A DNA stretch of 64,000 bases from Felis catus (taxonomy: Eukaryota), in the NCBI RefSeq assembly GCF_018350175.1, contig NC_058368.1, positions 222,520,001 through 222,584,000 of the forward strand, in the 5' to 3' direction. This document shows, one piece after another, positions 11,718 to 22,946 of the stretch (positions are counted from its first letter, which is position 1; each line of letters opens with the position of its first letter). A program made the translations under genes and the position numbers. The notes under the pieces are model-generated. The model saw nothing but the letters and a program-made list of their open reading frames with translations. It made no database searches and was not told where the DNA came from.

Positions 11718-13702
11718 TTATTTCAAATAGAAACTACAAGAAGTAACTGGATGAATCAACAATTAAAGTGGAATTGAATCATAACTTGGTAATACCCATT
11801 TGAGTATTAATATTAGTGGAGCTGAACCCTGTTAAAAATTTACAAACACTCTATGTGTGTCCTCTGTCTAAACAATTTAAAATTGAGTATAGATAATCAA
11901 GTTGTTGGCTATTTTGTACATGGACTCCTATCTACTCCTTCCAAAATATATTAAGAATTGCAGTTCAGATGATCTTACACATTATCACATTATTTGCCAA
12001 GTCAGGACTTTGAGCTACTTTTCGTTTTCATTATGTTGAAGGTATATAGTGAAATTTTTAGAGAAAAAGTTTTAGGATGTCACAGACATGTTCTTTCCCC
12101 CTGGCTATGGATCTATAACAGTTATGTTCAGAAATAATCTGGAACACCCAAGATCCTTTCTTCACAACCTTCCACAAGGGACTGAGAATCATAATGAGAC
12201 ACTTTAATGAAGCCCAGTTATCATCTGATAATACTGTCATTAACACTTATTATCACATAATTAGATTGGACATTGGCCATCTCAGAGCCAATTTAAAAGA
12301 AGGAAAAAAAAACATTGTATCTAAAGGAAATACATGCAAATAAAACACTATCAGAAGTGTCTGAATAACGATAGAGTCTCAGAGAGAATAAGATGTCTTA
12401 TCATCTGGCCTATTAGCAGTTTGAAATGGCAGTAATCGAATCACACTCCCCCTCCCCCTAATCTTTTACATATCAGTTACTTGTTAAATCGTCTACTTTC
12501 TCAAACTGGAGCAGTTATCTCAACGATGACATTTTTAGTGATGGCAGAAAACCATAATAGCTGTGGGTAATTTTGGGAAAGAATCAACACAGCTCTGAAC
12601 TTTATAGGTCACGGTATCCCTATAGCTTGTGGGTATGGCTGCATTTTGAAATAGATAACTGTGTCTCCTTCAGCATCTTCCTTTCTCCTATTTTCTTCTT
12701 GTGTGTAAGTTTACAAAGGTCAGATGCCAATATGATCTAGAATAAGAGCTTTTGTGGCTGACTTTGAAAGGTTACATTAGAGAAAATCTCATGAAGCAGC
12801 AGGACCCCAAAATGCTGCAGGGAATGGAGCTAAAAGATTATTTCTTCGTAATAGAGCTTCTAACCCATTGGAAGTATCGAGTGTTGGATCCCTGAATGTG
12901 TCTGAGGGCTTTGGTCTCTATTGACTAAATAGAAATGAAGAGACATCTCAAGGCCATAGTTACACTTCCGAAGTCATGTCCATGAGACATCAAAACAATG
13001 GTGATAATCAATTCTACCATAATAGCAAAGCCTGAAATACCTTTTTAATGACTTATTAGAATAATAATTGGAAGGCAACAGATTTGTAATAGTGAAGAAA
13101 ATGTCACAGCCCTCGTTTCTCTTTAGACTATGATACATAACATAGTATTTTGATCCTTCCAAAACCTAGAAAGTTTTTATTGGCTATTTGTCCCAGGAAC
13201 CCAGTACTCTAGCAAGTACTTTCAGGAAAACAGTAAGGTTTAGAATTAAATTAAGGAAGTCTTTAGGATATATTTTTCTTTAACACAGCTGACAGCTGAG
13301 CAAGTAGTTGGTGACTGATATAAATATCTATAAGAACAAATTGCACATATTTTAGCTATGAATGACATAGGATTATTATAAGTAAAGCAATGTGAATGTG
13401 CCTTGTTTGAATATGATCAAGTGATATTTACTATTCCCAATTTAATAATGGAATAGATTTTTAGTAAAGCATGGACTAGTCCTATTTCTGAGATATGCTT
13501 ATATTTTAGATTTTCAGTGTTAGAGACTTGCTGCAAGTGATGGTTTTCTTTATCCTCTTCTATTTTGATATTTTTGAAACATGAGAATAGGGTCTGGCCA
13601 TCGAGATGGATTGTAAGCTGGGCTCTGTACCTAATGGTGTTTTTACTTTCAGGAGATGATGATAACATAAGATACCTTTATAAATTAGGTGTTCTGAGTT
13701 AA

Positions 13703-13705
<3 letters not shown>

Positions 13706-13753
<48 letters not shown>

Positions 13754-13760
13754 TGTGTGT
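13706..13760. repeat. (TG)n microsatellite
   Basis: Direct reading. Confidence 0.97.
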
Positions 13761-14018
13761 CAGAAAGAGAGACAGATACAGAGACAAATTTCTGGTACAC
13801 AATATACATATAAATGCACTTAGCCCTTAGATTTCATATGGAAAATTACATGTGCTAGATTCTTTTCTCTTTTATGGTTCCTTTATTTTCATTGGGGAAA
13901 CATTAAAAGTGCATCTCAAAGGAAATATTATTTTTTAATTATCATAGTGGAAAAACACTTATAAAAAGGCTGTTCTAAGTTTCAGTTTAGGAGTTATCCA
14001 GGTTTTGGTTGTTGGTAT

Positions 14019-14023
<5 letters not shown>

Positions 14024-14070
<47 letters not shown>
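14024..14070. repeat. (GA)n microsatellite
   Basis: Direct reading. Confidence 0.97.
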
Positions 14071-14075
<5 letters not shown>

Positions 14076-14619
14076 TATATATTTATTTACTTACTTTAGT
14101 ATCCAGATTACAATAAATTTGAGAGCTCATAATCAATTGCCATTTTTTAAATTAAATTCTCTGAAAGGGATCTCTGAGAATTTCTGCATGATATTTGCAC
14201 AATCATAACATCTACCCAGGTGTTTGCTTGTTTCTTCTGCCAGAACACCTTATTTCGGCACTGCTTCAACACATTGTGGGTCAATACCCATATTTTAATA
14301 GATTCCTAGATTGTGCTCTTTTGCTTCATACCAACTTTTCACCAAAGTTGGACACAAGTCACTTCCATCACTGATCAGAACTTAGCCTATACCTGGCTGC
14401 AATTTTTAAACAAAACTCTCCTGGAGCTTAAGAAAAAAAGCAAAGTATAATCAAAAAAGTGACTCCCCCTGGTAACAAAAGTGATTTCTCTCCAGGCCCA
14501 AAGGCCCAAGACAAATATCAGGATCCCTGGAAGTTTTCATATGTTCAGGGTCTGCTCCATAACAATCCATCAAATTTTTGTTGTTGTTGTTGTTTATATT
14601 AAGTCTGAGTCCTTGGTCC

Positions 14620-14848
14620 ACCAGATAATTATTCATTTCTGTATCCTGCTTTCAATAATGAGGGAAGTCCTTTTAACATTATGGAAAGATTCTCTTTGTC
14701 TCCGTGACAGCATTTGACTTAAAGTCTATTTTGTCTGGTGTACGTATAGCTAGCTACCCCTGCTCTCTTATTCACCATTTGCGTGCAGTCCCTGTATCCC
14801 TTCATTTCTAGCCTATGTGTGTCCTCACACCTAAACTGATCTCATGTG
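14620..14848 (-). mobile_element. Old L1M ORF2 endonuclease-region fragment
   Basis: tttgacttaaagtctattttgtctg..ctacccctgctctctt..agcctatgtgtgtcct is the complement of the conserved AGVAIL..DKIDFK region. Confidence 0.75.
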
Positions 14849-14976
14849 TCACCCTGACTGTGGTAATGATTTCACAGGTTTATGCATATCTCCAAACTTC
14901 ATCAAATTTTATACATTAAGTATTTCCAGCCTCCCTTTTATATCAATTATACGTCGACATAAACTGTTCTTGAAAA
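14849..14976 (+). mobile_element. Old L1M (MB/MC-like) 3' end
   Basis: tgactgtggtaatgatttcacaggt..catcaaattttatacattaag..tcaattatac. Confidence 0.7.
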
Positions 14977-15487
14977 TTAATGTGGGAGAGTCTCCTCTCA
15001 AAGTTTGTTCATAAATATAGGGGTGGGTGGGAGCACAAATATCCATTTATTTCTATGTCATACCCTCTCTCCTATCTGCTGGGGATTATCTGGACCTCTA
15101 TATCTAGGAAAGAATATTCTGGCACTAAACAGAGTCTGAAATAATTTTAAATCACACTATGTGTGGGTCACTGGCAGTCTGGTCGAACTCCATATTGAAA
15201 TAATAAAATTATGTTTTCTGACTTGTTTAAAGACAATTTTTTAAGTACATGAAAGCACATGTGTTTAGATAATTGGTGACTTTATGGATTTTGTTTTTAT
15301 ATATTTATATATGTGGGTGCCCATGAATATTCACATGCAAAGATAAGTAAAATTATTTTACATTTGTATAAATACAGTACCATTCTGCTCATTTTCCATT
15401 AAAAAAATGAAGATTCCAAGTTGAATTGATACTGTCTCTACTAAAAACAAAACAAAACAAGCAAAAACAAAGAAAAAAAAAAGCCAA

Positions 15488-15926
15488 TGTATTATGGACT
15501 GATTTGTGTCCCCTCCTCACTTCATCTCTTGAAGCTTTAACCCTGGTACCCTAGCATGTGACCATGTTTGGAGACAGGATCCTTAAAGATGTAATTAAGT
15601 TAAAATGGACTCATTAAAGTGGGCCCTAATCTAATATATCTTGTGTCCCTATAAATAGAGGAGATTAGGATACAGACAGAAAGAGACACCAGATATATGT
15701 GCACATAGACAAACATGTAAGGACACAGCGAGAGGGAGGTTGCATGCAAGCCAAGGAGAGACGACTCAGAGGAAAACAAAACAAAGACAAACAAACAAAA
15801 AACCAACCTATTGACAGCTTGATTTCTGACTTCTGGCCTCTAGAACTATACAAAAATAGATTGCTGTTGTTTAAACCACCTGGTCCTTGGTATTTTGGTA
15901 TGGAAGTTCTAGAAAATTCATAGACA
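15488..15926 (+). mobile_element. MLT1B-like solo LTR
   Basis: TG..ttatggactga..tgtgtcccc start, taattaagttaaaatg, gtgggccctaatc, gacttctggcctctagaact, ..ACA end. Confidence 0.85.
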
Positions 15927-16494
15927 ACATTTAATAGAGGCTAAATTGCAATTCTCTCATGAAATAACCATAACAATAATAGTCATGTAAACATATTCTG
16001 TTTCCAAGTGGCAACATGTTCCCCTTTATATAGATAACAATGTATAAGGACATATCAAAGAATTATCTCCAAATTCAAAAAATATTAATATCATAACTGA
16101 CTTTAAAATCTTACTGATTATATATACCATAACTTTTTTTCTATAGGTATGATAGAAACTTGAAACCAAGAAAGGTTTGAATATTTTGAAACATTTTAAA
16201 ATTTAATTGGCATCTCAGAGTTCAAAGTGATGCTTTAAATATGATATGATTAATTTCATGCTTGACTTTTATGATGTTGGAAAGGACAATTGTAATTTTC
16301 CTATTATACATATTTTATAAATAAATAAATATACATCTACATAAATACGTAAATAAACTACCAAAGGCAAAACTGAGAAAAGTATCTACAAAATCCTATC
16401 TTTAAGATATTCTAGTCTATTTGATCTTACCTCATAAAGTGCCTTTGGTATTAAATATGCATAATATACAATTTCAAAAGAAAGTGAAAACATT

Positions 16495-16722
16495 TTTCAG
16501 CATTTGTTGTGTATAAGGTCTCATACTCGTCACTATGTAAACATCATTGTATTTAAACATCACATCAACAATGTGCCATAGATATGTTTCCTCAATTATA
16601 AGCGTGGCAAAAAATGTTCAGAAAAATTAAATAAATTGCCTAAGATTACATAACAAGTAGTTATGAAAGCTAGTGTTAGAAGCTGTCAGATTCTAACCCT
16701 ATGCTTCTAAGTAGCACACAAT
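16495..16722 (-). mobile_element. MIR
   Basis: ttcagaaaaattaaataaattgcctaagattacataacaagtag core. Confidence 0.65.
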
Positions 16723-17199
16723 ATTTTTTTCAGAAGGATTTGCCTAAAGGTGATTGCCAAATGATAAATTCTAGTCCTATTATATACATTAATTTATATA
16801 TATTTAAGTATATACATATTGTACACATTTATAATATGTAGAAAAGGATATTATACACATGTGCAGATATGTGTGTTCATATATGCATACCTATATGCAT
16901 ACATATATGCATACATATATGTGTACATATATGAATATTCATATACTTACATTAATGGGCTTATATATGTAAATGTGATACATTTTGGAGACTTGAGATA
17001 TGTTCAAAGGAAAATATTCTAGAAAATTAAAAAAAAATAAAAAGTCAATTCAATTATTCACTGGCAATTTTTGAAGTACCTTAGAGGATGCTTTATAAAA
17101 TAATGCAACGTTACATAACTCTTTCCTCACTCTCAAAATTAGAGCACTGAAATTTCTCTTAAGACCTTCCTAGATAGCCCAGGAAATAAGGTACTTTAT

Positions 17200-17450
17200 C
17201 ACTTCAATTAGCTAAAAGAAAAAGATTAATAAAATCCCATGTAGTTCTTGATGTAAAAATTCCTCATTTGCAAGAAATAGAACAAAATATTTTTAATTTG
17301 AAAAACGGGCCCACTAAAATCTACACCTCTTAAAAGTGAAAGGATAGAAGTATTTTTGTTAGGTTAGATAATACAACAAACTTCCCTACTGTCGCTATTT
17401 CTTGCAGCATCGTCTGGGAGAGGCTAAACAACAAAAATTAAAAGGAATTA
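17200..17450 (+). mobile_element. Very old L1M ORF2 (RT region) fragment
   Basis: Degenerate match to the [25 protein letters not shown] region. Confidence 0.5.
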
Positions 17451-17879
17451 CCAAGACCTGATAGCCCACTTACATACTAGATTTTGTTGATCTGGGTCAC
17501 CATAAATAAAAGGAACATGTATACCTGAAGTACCTTTTTATTTGTGGCCAGAAAATAGACAAAGCCCAGAGGTGTTTGCACATGGTAAACTGTATGCCAC
17601 AGAACAAAACTGGGACATAAATCTAGTAGAAGAAAATGTCAACATCCATTACCGGCTGTAGTGTAACACAGAAATACCAATGCTCTGCCGTTTGATTTTG
17701 TTCTGAGTGCACCTGCATGCCCAGAGAATTGAGGGCACACTGTTTCCGTAAAAGTTATTCCCATAGATAATGTGAGCCAATTGTTCTGACCCAGAAGAAA
17801 GTTGAGGTTTTGAGGGAAGTTCGTTTGGTAAGCACAGAGCTGGATGAAATGGAAGAAGGAATAAAAATGTCTCACTTAA

Positions 17880-18081
17880 GGGGTGCCTGGGTGGCTCAGT
17901 CAGTTAAGTGTCTGACTTTGGCTCACATTATGATCCCATGGTTTGTGAGTTTGAACCCTACATCAGGCTCTGTGCTGAGAGCTCAGACCCTGGAGCCTGC
18001 TTCAGATTCTGTGTCTGCCCCTCTCTTTCTTGCTCATGCTCTCTCTCTGTCTCTCAAAAATAAACTTCAAAAATTTTAAAG
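17880..18081 (+). mobile_element. Can-SINE
   Basis: GGGGTGCCTGGGTGGCTCAGTCAGTTAAG head; TSD aaaatgtctcacttaa/aaaatatctcacataa. Confidence 0.97.
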
Positions 18082-18569
18082 AAAATATCTCACATAAGAA
18101 AAGAGGAGAACCTTTGTTCTGGGATTGGCAGAATGTATTAGTAATTCTTGAATATTCTTGGGATATTAGCATGCTTCTGAGCCAGGTGTGATGCTATTTT
18201 TTTAAAGAACACTATTCTACTGTCTTCAGAGTGAATCATGAGGACTTTGAGTCCTTACAGAGCCAAAGACGATTTAAAAACATTAGGATAATAATGCCTT
18301 TTATTTAAAACTGCAGCTATGTTAATTCTGAATTTACTTAGCCTACCGTATTAAGAATGGGACTTGTTCAAGATGATTAATTATTGAGAGATATTCAGAT
18401 AGGGAATATGTCAGGCCATTAGAGATGATACATGTAGATGCTATGTTTGTTGGTCACAATCTTGCCAAACACTTGTCCTGATGGACAACCTTATTTGGTG
18501 TTCTCATTAATTCCCTATGGAGATTAGAAAGTCTCCATTTGGAAATGGTGATAAAAAAGAAACAAAAAT

Positions 18570-18645
18570 ATCTATCTCTCATCTATCTGTCCGTATGCCC
18601 ATCTATCTATCCATCCATGTATCCATCCATCCATCCATCCATCCA
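18570..18645. repeat. (CTAT)n/(CCAT)n compound repeat
   Basis: Direct reading. Confidence 0.85.
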
Positions 18646-18784
18646 GTTAAAGTTAAAATGACTCAGAGCTTTTCAGTATATTGCCTGGTTAATAATTACA
18701 ATACCATCAATTACACATCCCTGATTTTTATAAATCTCCATGTTCAGCTAAAGGATAAAGGAAATAAAGGATTTGTATCACCTA

Positions 18785-19242
18785 ATGCAATTCATTTGCT
18801 AGGACCGCCATAACAAAATGCCATAAAGTGAGTGGCTTAAATGGCAGAAACTTCTTGTCTCACAGTTCCTGAGACTACAGTTTTCTAGAAGTCAGGGTAT
18901 TACCAGGGTGGATTCCTTCTGAGGTCTGTAAGTAAGAACTTGTTTCATTCCTCTCCCCTAACTTCTGGTGGTTGATGACAGTCTGGTGTTGATTGGATTG
19001 CAGATTCATTGCGGTAGTCTCTGCCTCCACCATCACGTGGCATTCTCACTACGTGCATGTCTGCCTCCAATTTTCTCCCTTTTGCAAGGACAGTAGTCAT
19101 GTTGTGTTAGAGCCAACCCTAAAGACCATGTCTTACTGTATCATCTCTATAAAGACTCTTTCCAGCTGGTCACATTCTGAGATAATAGTGTGTTAGGACT
19201 TCAACATATGAATTCTTGGAGAACACAGTTCAACCCATGACA
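18785..19242 (-). mobile_element. MLT1C-like solo LTR
   Basis: tgctaggaccgccataacaaa..gtggcttaaa..tctcacagttc; ends ttaggacttcaacatatgaatt..ttcaacccatgaca. Confidence 0.85.
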
Positions 19243-21070
19243 CCTATTATGCTCATAAATTAACAATCAGTGTCATGTTATCTGGCCACAGGGGGTGGGG
19301 TAAAGCAACATAATGAAAGATAAAGGAAGGGACTCAATCACCTTAAATGAATCAGACATCATGGGATGGCATAGTTTTGTTAATGATTAGAAAAGAAACC
19401 ATATTTGTTTTACGAAGTTAAACCAGAGTAAAGGCCCAGATTCTACCTTTTGGATTGCTGATGGGGAAAAGATCACTCAGGCCTCGAACTCCTATTACAA
19501 TTAAAAACCAGTACTCCAAATAAAGCTCTCAAGTTTTCTTACTTCCCCCAGTCAGAAATGCAAGAAGGTCATCAGAGGAAGAAAAGGAGTATGAGAACAA
19601 ACAATTTTAGTGGGATTTAGTAAGTTAGAGTCAGGACACCCATACTTACTCCCAACCTGAAGATGATCAAGAATCCAATTTAAAGATCTTAATTTTGAAA
19701 ATAATATTTTTAGATAAGGAATAAACCATCACTTCTTTATTTAATATTGAAAAAAATCAAACATGTTAATTTGAAGGACCAGTGCTCCCCATCGATGTCA
19801 CTGAAGAGTCTCCCCAAATCCATGTCAACATATGATGAACTGAGCCTGCCTAACAAGGGCCCTCTCCAAGCAGCCACATACTGATGGTGCTGAGTACTGA
19901 GTAGTGCCTAGATTCATCCATCAAAACAATGATAGATACATTAGATGCACATCATGAAAGTGCTTTTCGCCTCAAAATTTTCTATACAAGGGAAAATAAT
20001 GCCTGTACAGTGCTATAATCATTTTAGGCTTCTAAAATTTATTATGTTATTGAGAGATCTTTGTATATCTCTAATCTTTTTCTCTCTCAGTTATATATTT
20101 TGTCTGAGTCAGAAGCAGCAATTTTGAAAGTCAGAGTAAATTCTAAGGAGAAATGATCACTTACAGTCAGATTAAGAAAATATATCACTAAGCCAAAGAG
20201 TACTTATTAAAGATTGACCACGGGTGCTTTTGAGAGAATGCTAAAATTGAAATTCCACTAATCCCACCTTTCACCTCCAGTTAGAATAAGTAATAATGAC
20301 AATTTTACATGAAGGTCTTGATTCTCTTGAAACAGGCATTTTTCTGTCAGAGTGCTCTGTTTTCCTGAAGAAAACAGCTATAAGAAATGCTCTTTTTCTT
20401 GAACACACAGACTGGTTATGGAGGTTTTTTTTTTTTCCAGTTATATAATTATTTTCTGGGTATTTTATAGACTTTTCATATGAAACAATGCATTTGCTAT
20501 GATAATATTACTTTAAAAGTATAACTTCTGATGATAGAAAACAGATCACAGTTTGCCAAGCAAGGATCTTGGTCTTAAATAGAACAAACTGATAGGGACC
20601 CTGGGGCAATGTATGTGACAGGGCCCAGGGAAGGCTCTTGTCCCCAGGCAGAAGCAAGCGGCTCATAAATATATGACTGATGTCAGTACCTGTGTTCTTC
20701 ATGGTTCCTGGTGTGTTATCTTTGTTGTGGTAATAGTGGCGATGGTGATTAGGGAGAAGGTGACAGACTAACCACAGTCCTTTCTTTACGCCCTGCCACA
20801 CTTGACTGACCCTAGATAGTTGTCAATGTGAGTCCCTCGAAGGGAGGGGCTTCTCCACCAGCCATCAGTTTCTACATTCACTTTCCTTTCAGTACTAACC
20901 TGTCTCTCTCTTCAAGGATTTAATATAGTCCTAGGTGTTTAGTTCCCACCTCCTAGGATGGAATAAAGGCACCTGACATGTTGTTTTTCCTAAGAACATA
21001 AATAAACATTAAACTCCTTTGCACTGAAGCGTTGCCTCATCTACATAATTTATTTAAAATCTTACTTTTA

Positions 21071-21995
21071 GATTCTGGGAAGACGGCGGCCTAGGAGGAC
21101 GCTGGGCTCCCCGCGCGACCTGTTGATCACTTAGATTCCACCTACACCTGCCTAAATAACCCAGAAAACCACCAGAGGATTAGCAGAACGGAGTCGCCGG
21201 AGCCAAGCGCAGACGAGAGGCCCACGGAAGAGGGTAGGAAGGGCGGCGAGGCGGTGCGCGCTCCTAGGACTGGCGAGAGGGAGCCGGGGCGGAGGGGCGG
21301 CTCGCCAGCCAAGCAGAGTCCCGAGTCTGGCTTGCAAAAGCGGAGGGGCCGGTCGGAGTGTGTTTGGACAGCCAGCAGGACTTGACATCTGGAAGGTTAT
21401 AAGCTAACAGCTCTGCTCGGAGAGTGGGAGGGCTGGAGGACAACTGGAGGGAGAGTTGTTGAGTCCCAGACAACAGAGCTCAGCTTGGCAGGGGACAAAG
21501 GCGCTCGCCTGCGCCATCTCCCTCGCCCATCCCCCAGCCAAAATCCCAAAGGGAACCGGTTTCTGCCCGGGAACTTGCTTGCTCTGTGCAAACACCCAAC
21601 ACTGTGCTTCTGCGGAGCCACCCCTCAGGCGACGGGTCTGACTCCCTCTCAGTGCTGCAGGGCCCCTCCCAGAGCAGATCTCCCAAGGAAAAGCAAGCTG
21701 AGCCTGCCCCTCCTGCCCCTGTGCACCTTGCCTATCCACCCCAGCTAATATGCCAGATCCCCAGCACCACAAGCCTGGCAGTGTGCAAGTAGCCCAGACA
21801 GGCCACACCACCCCACAGTGAATCCGGCCCCTAGGAGAGGGGCAGAGAAGGCACACACCAGTCTGACTATGGCCCCAGGGTCAGGCAGGGGGCAGACATC
21901 AGGTCTGACTGCAGCCCCGCCCACCAACACAAGTTATTAAAGACAACACAGGGGAAGTGCCCTGCAGTTCTGCACCACTCCAGGGACTATCCAAA
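21071..21995 (+). promoter_or_regulatory. L1 5'UTR internal promoter, CpG-island-like
   Basis: The only extended CpG-rich stretch in the window; AAGACGGCGG is a variant of the YY1-type AAGATGGCGG start. Confidence 0.85.
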
Positions 21996-22896
21996 ATGAC
22001 AAAACAGAAGAATTCCCCTCAAAAGAATATCCCCTCCTATCCAGGAGATAACGACAGCTAACGAACTGATCAAAAAGGATTTAAACAATATAACAGAAAG
22101 TGAATTTAGAATAACAGTCATAAAATTAGTCGCTGGGCTTGAAAACAGTATAGAGGACAGCAGAGAATCTCTTGCTACAGAGATCAAGGGACTAAGAAAC
22201 AGCCAGGAGGAGCTAAAAAAATGCTATCAATGAACTGCAATATAAAATGGAGACTACAGCTCAGATTGAAGAGGCAGAGGAAAGAATAGGTGAACTAGAA
22301 GATAAAATTATGGAAAAAGAAGAGGCTGAGAAAAAGATAAAAAAAATCCAGGAGTATGAGGGGAAAATTAGAGAACTAGGTGATGCACTAAAGAGAAATA
22401 ATAAACGCATAATTGTTATTCCAGAGGAGGAAGAGACAGGGAAACATGCTGAAGATGTACTTGAAGAAATCATAGCTGAGAACTTCCCTGATCTGGGGAA
22501 GGAAAAAGACATTGAAATTCAAGAGACACAGAGAACTCCCTTCAGACGTAACTTGAATTGATCCTCTGCACGACATATCATAGTGAAACTGGCAAAATAC
22601 AAGGATAAAGAGAAAATTCTGAAAGCAGCAAGGGGTAAACGTGCCCTCACATATAAAGGGAGACCTATAAGACTCCTGAACGATCTCTCTACTGAAACTT
22701 GGCAGGCCAGAAAGGAATGGCAGGAGATCTTCAATGTGATGAACGGAAAAAAAATATGCAGCCAAGAATCCTTTATCCAGAAAGTTTGCCATTTAGAATA
22801 GAAGGAGAGATACAGGTCTTCCCAAACTAACAAACACTGAAGGAATTAATCACCACTAAACCAGCCCTACAAGAGATCCTAAGGCAGATCCTGTGA
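21996..22896 (+). pseudogene. L1 ORF1p, disrupted
   Basis: ATG at 21996 (MTKQKNSPQKN); coiled-coil and RRM pieces in ORF-track entries 22247-22561 and 22583-22801; several frameshifts and a premature TGA ending at 22561; terminal TGA at 22894-22896. Confidence 0.92.
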
Positions 22897-22946
22897 GACA
22901 AAGTACCAGAGACATTGCTATAAGCATGAAACCTACGGACATCACA

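Noticed and set aside
20580..21000. GC-richer patch with AATAAA upstream of the L1 (similar patches at 1-420 and 58360-59100), possible LTRs
   Set aside because: I could not match termini or a consensus; needs a Dfam search
21404..21856. 150-aa antisense ORF in the L1 5'UTR (ORF0 analogue?)
   Set aside because: Starts at GTG; GC-rich sequence yields long ORFs in several frames; no similarity to primate ORF0 that I can see
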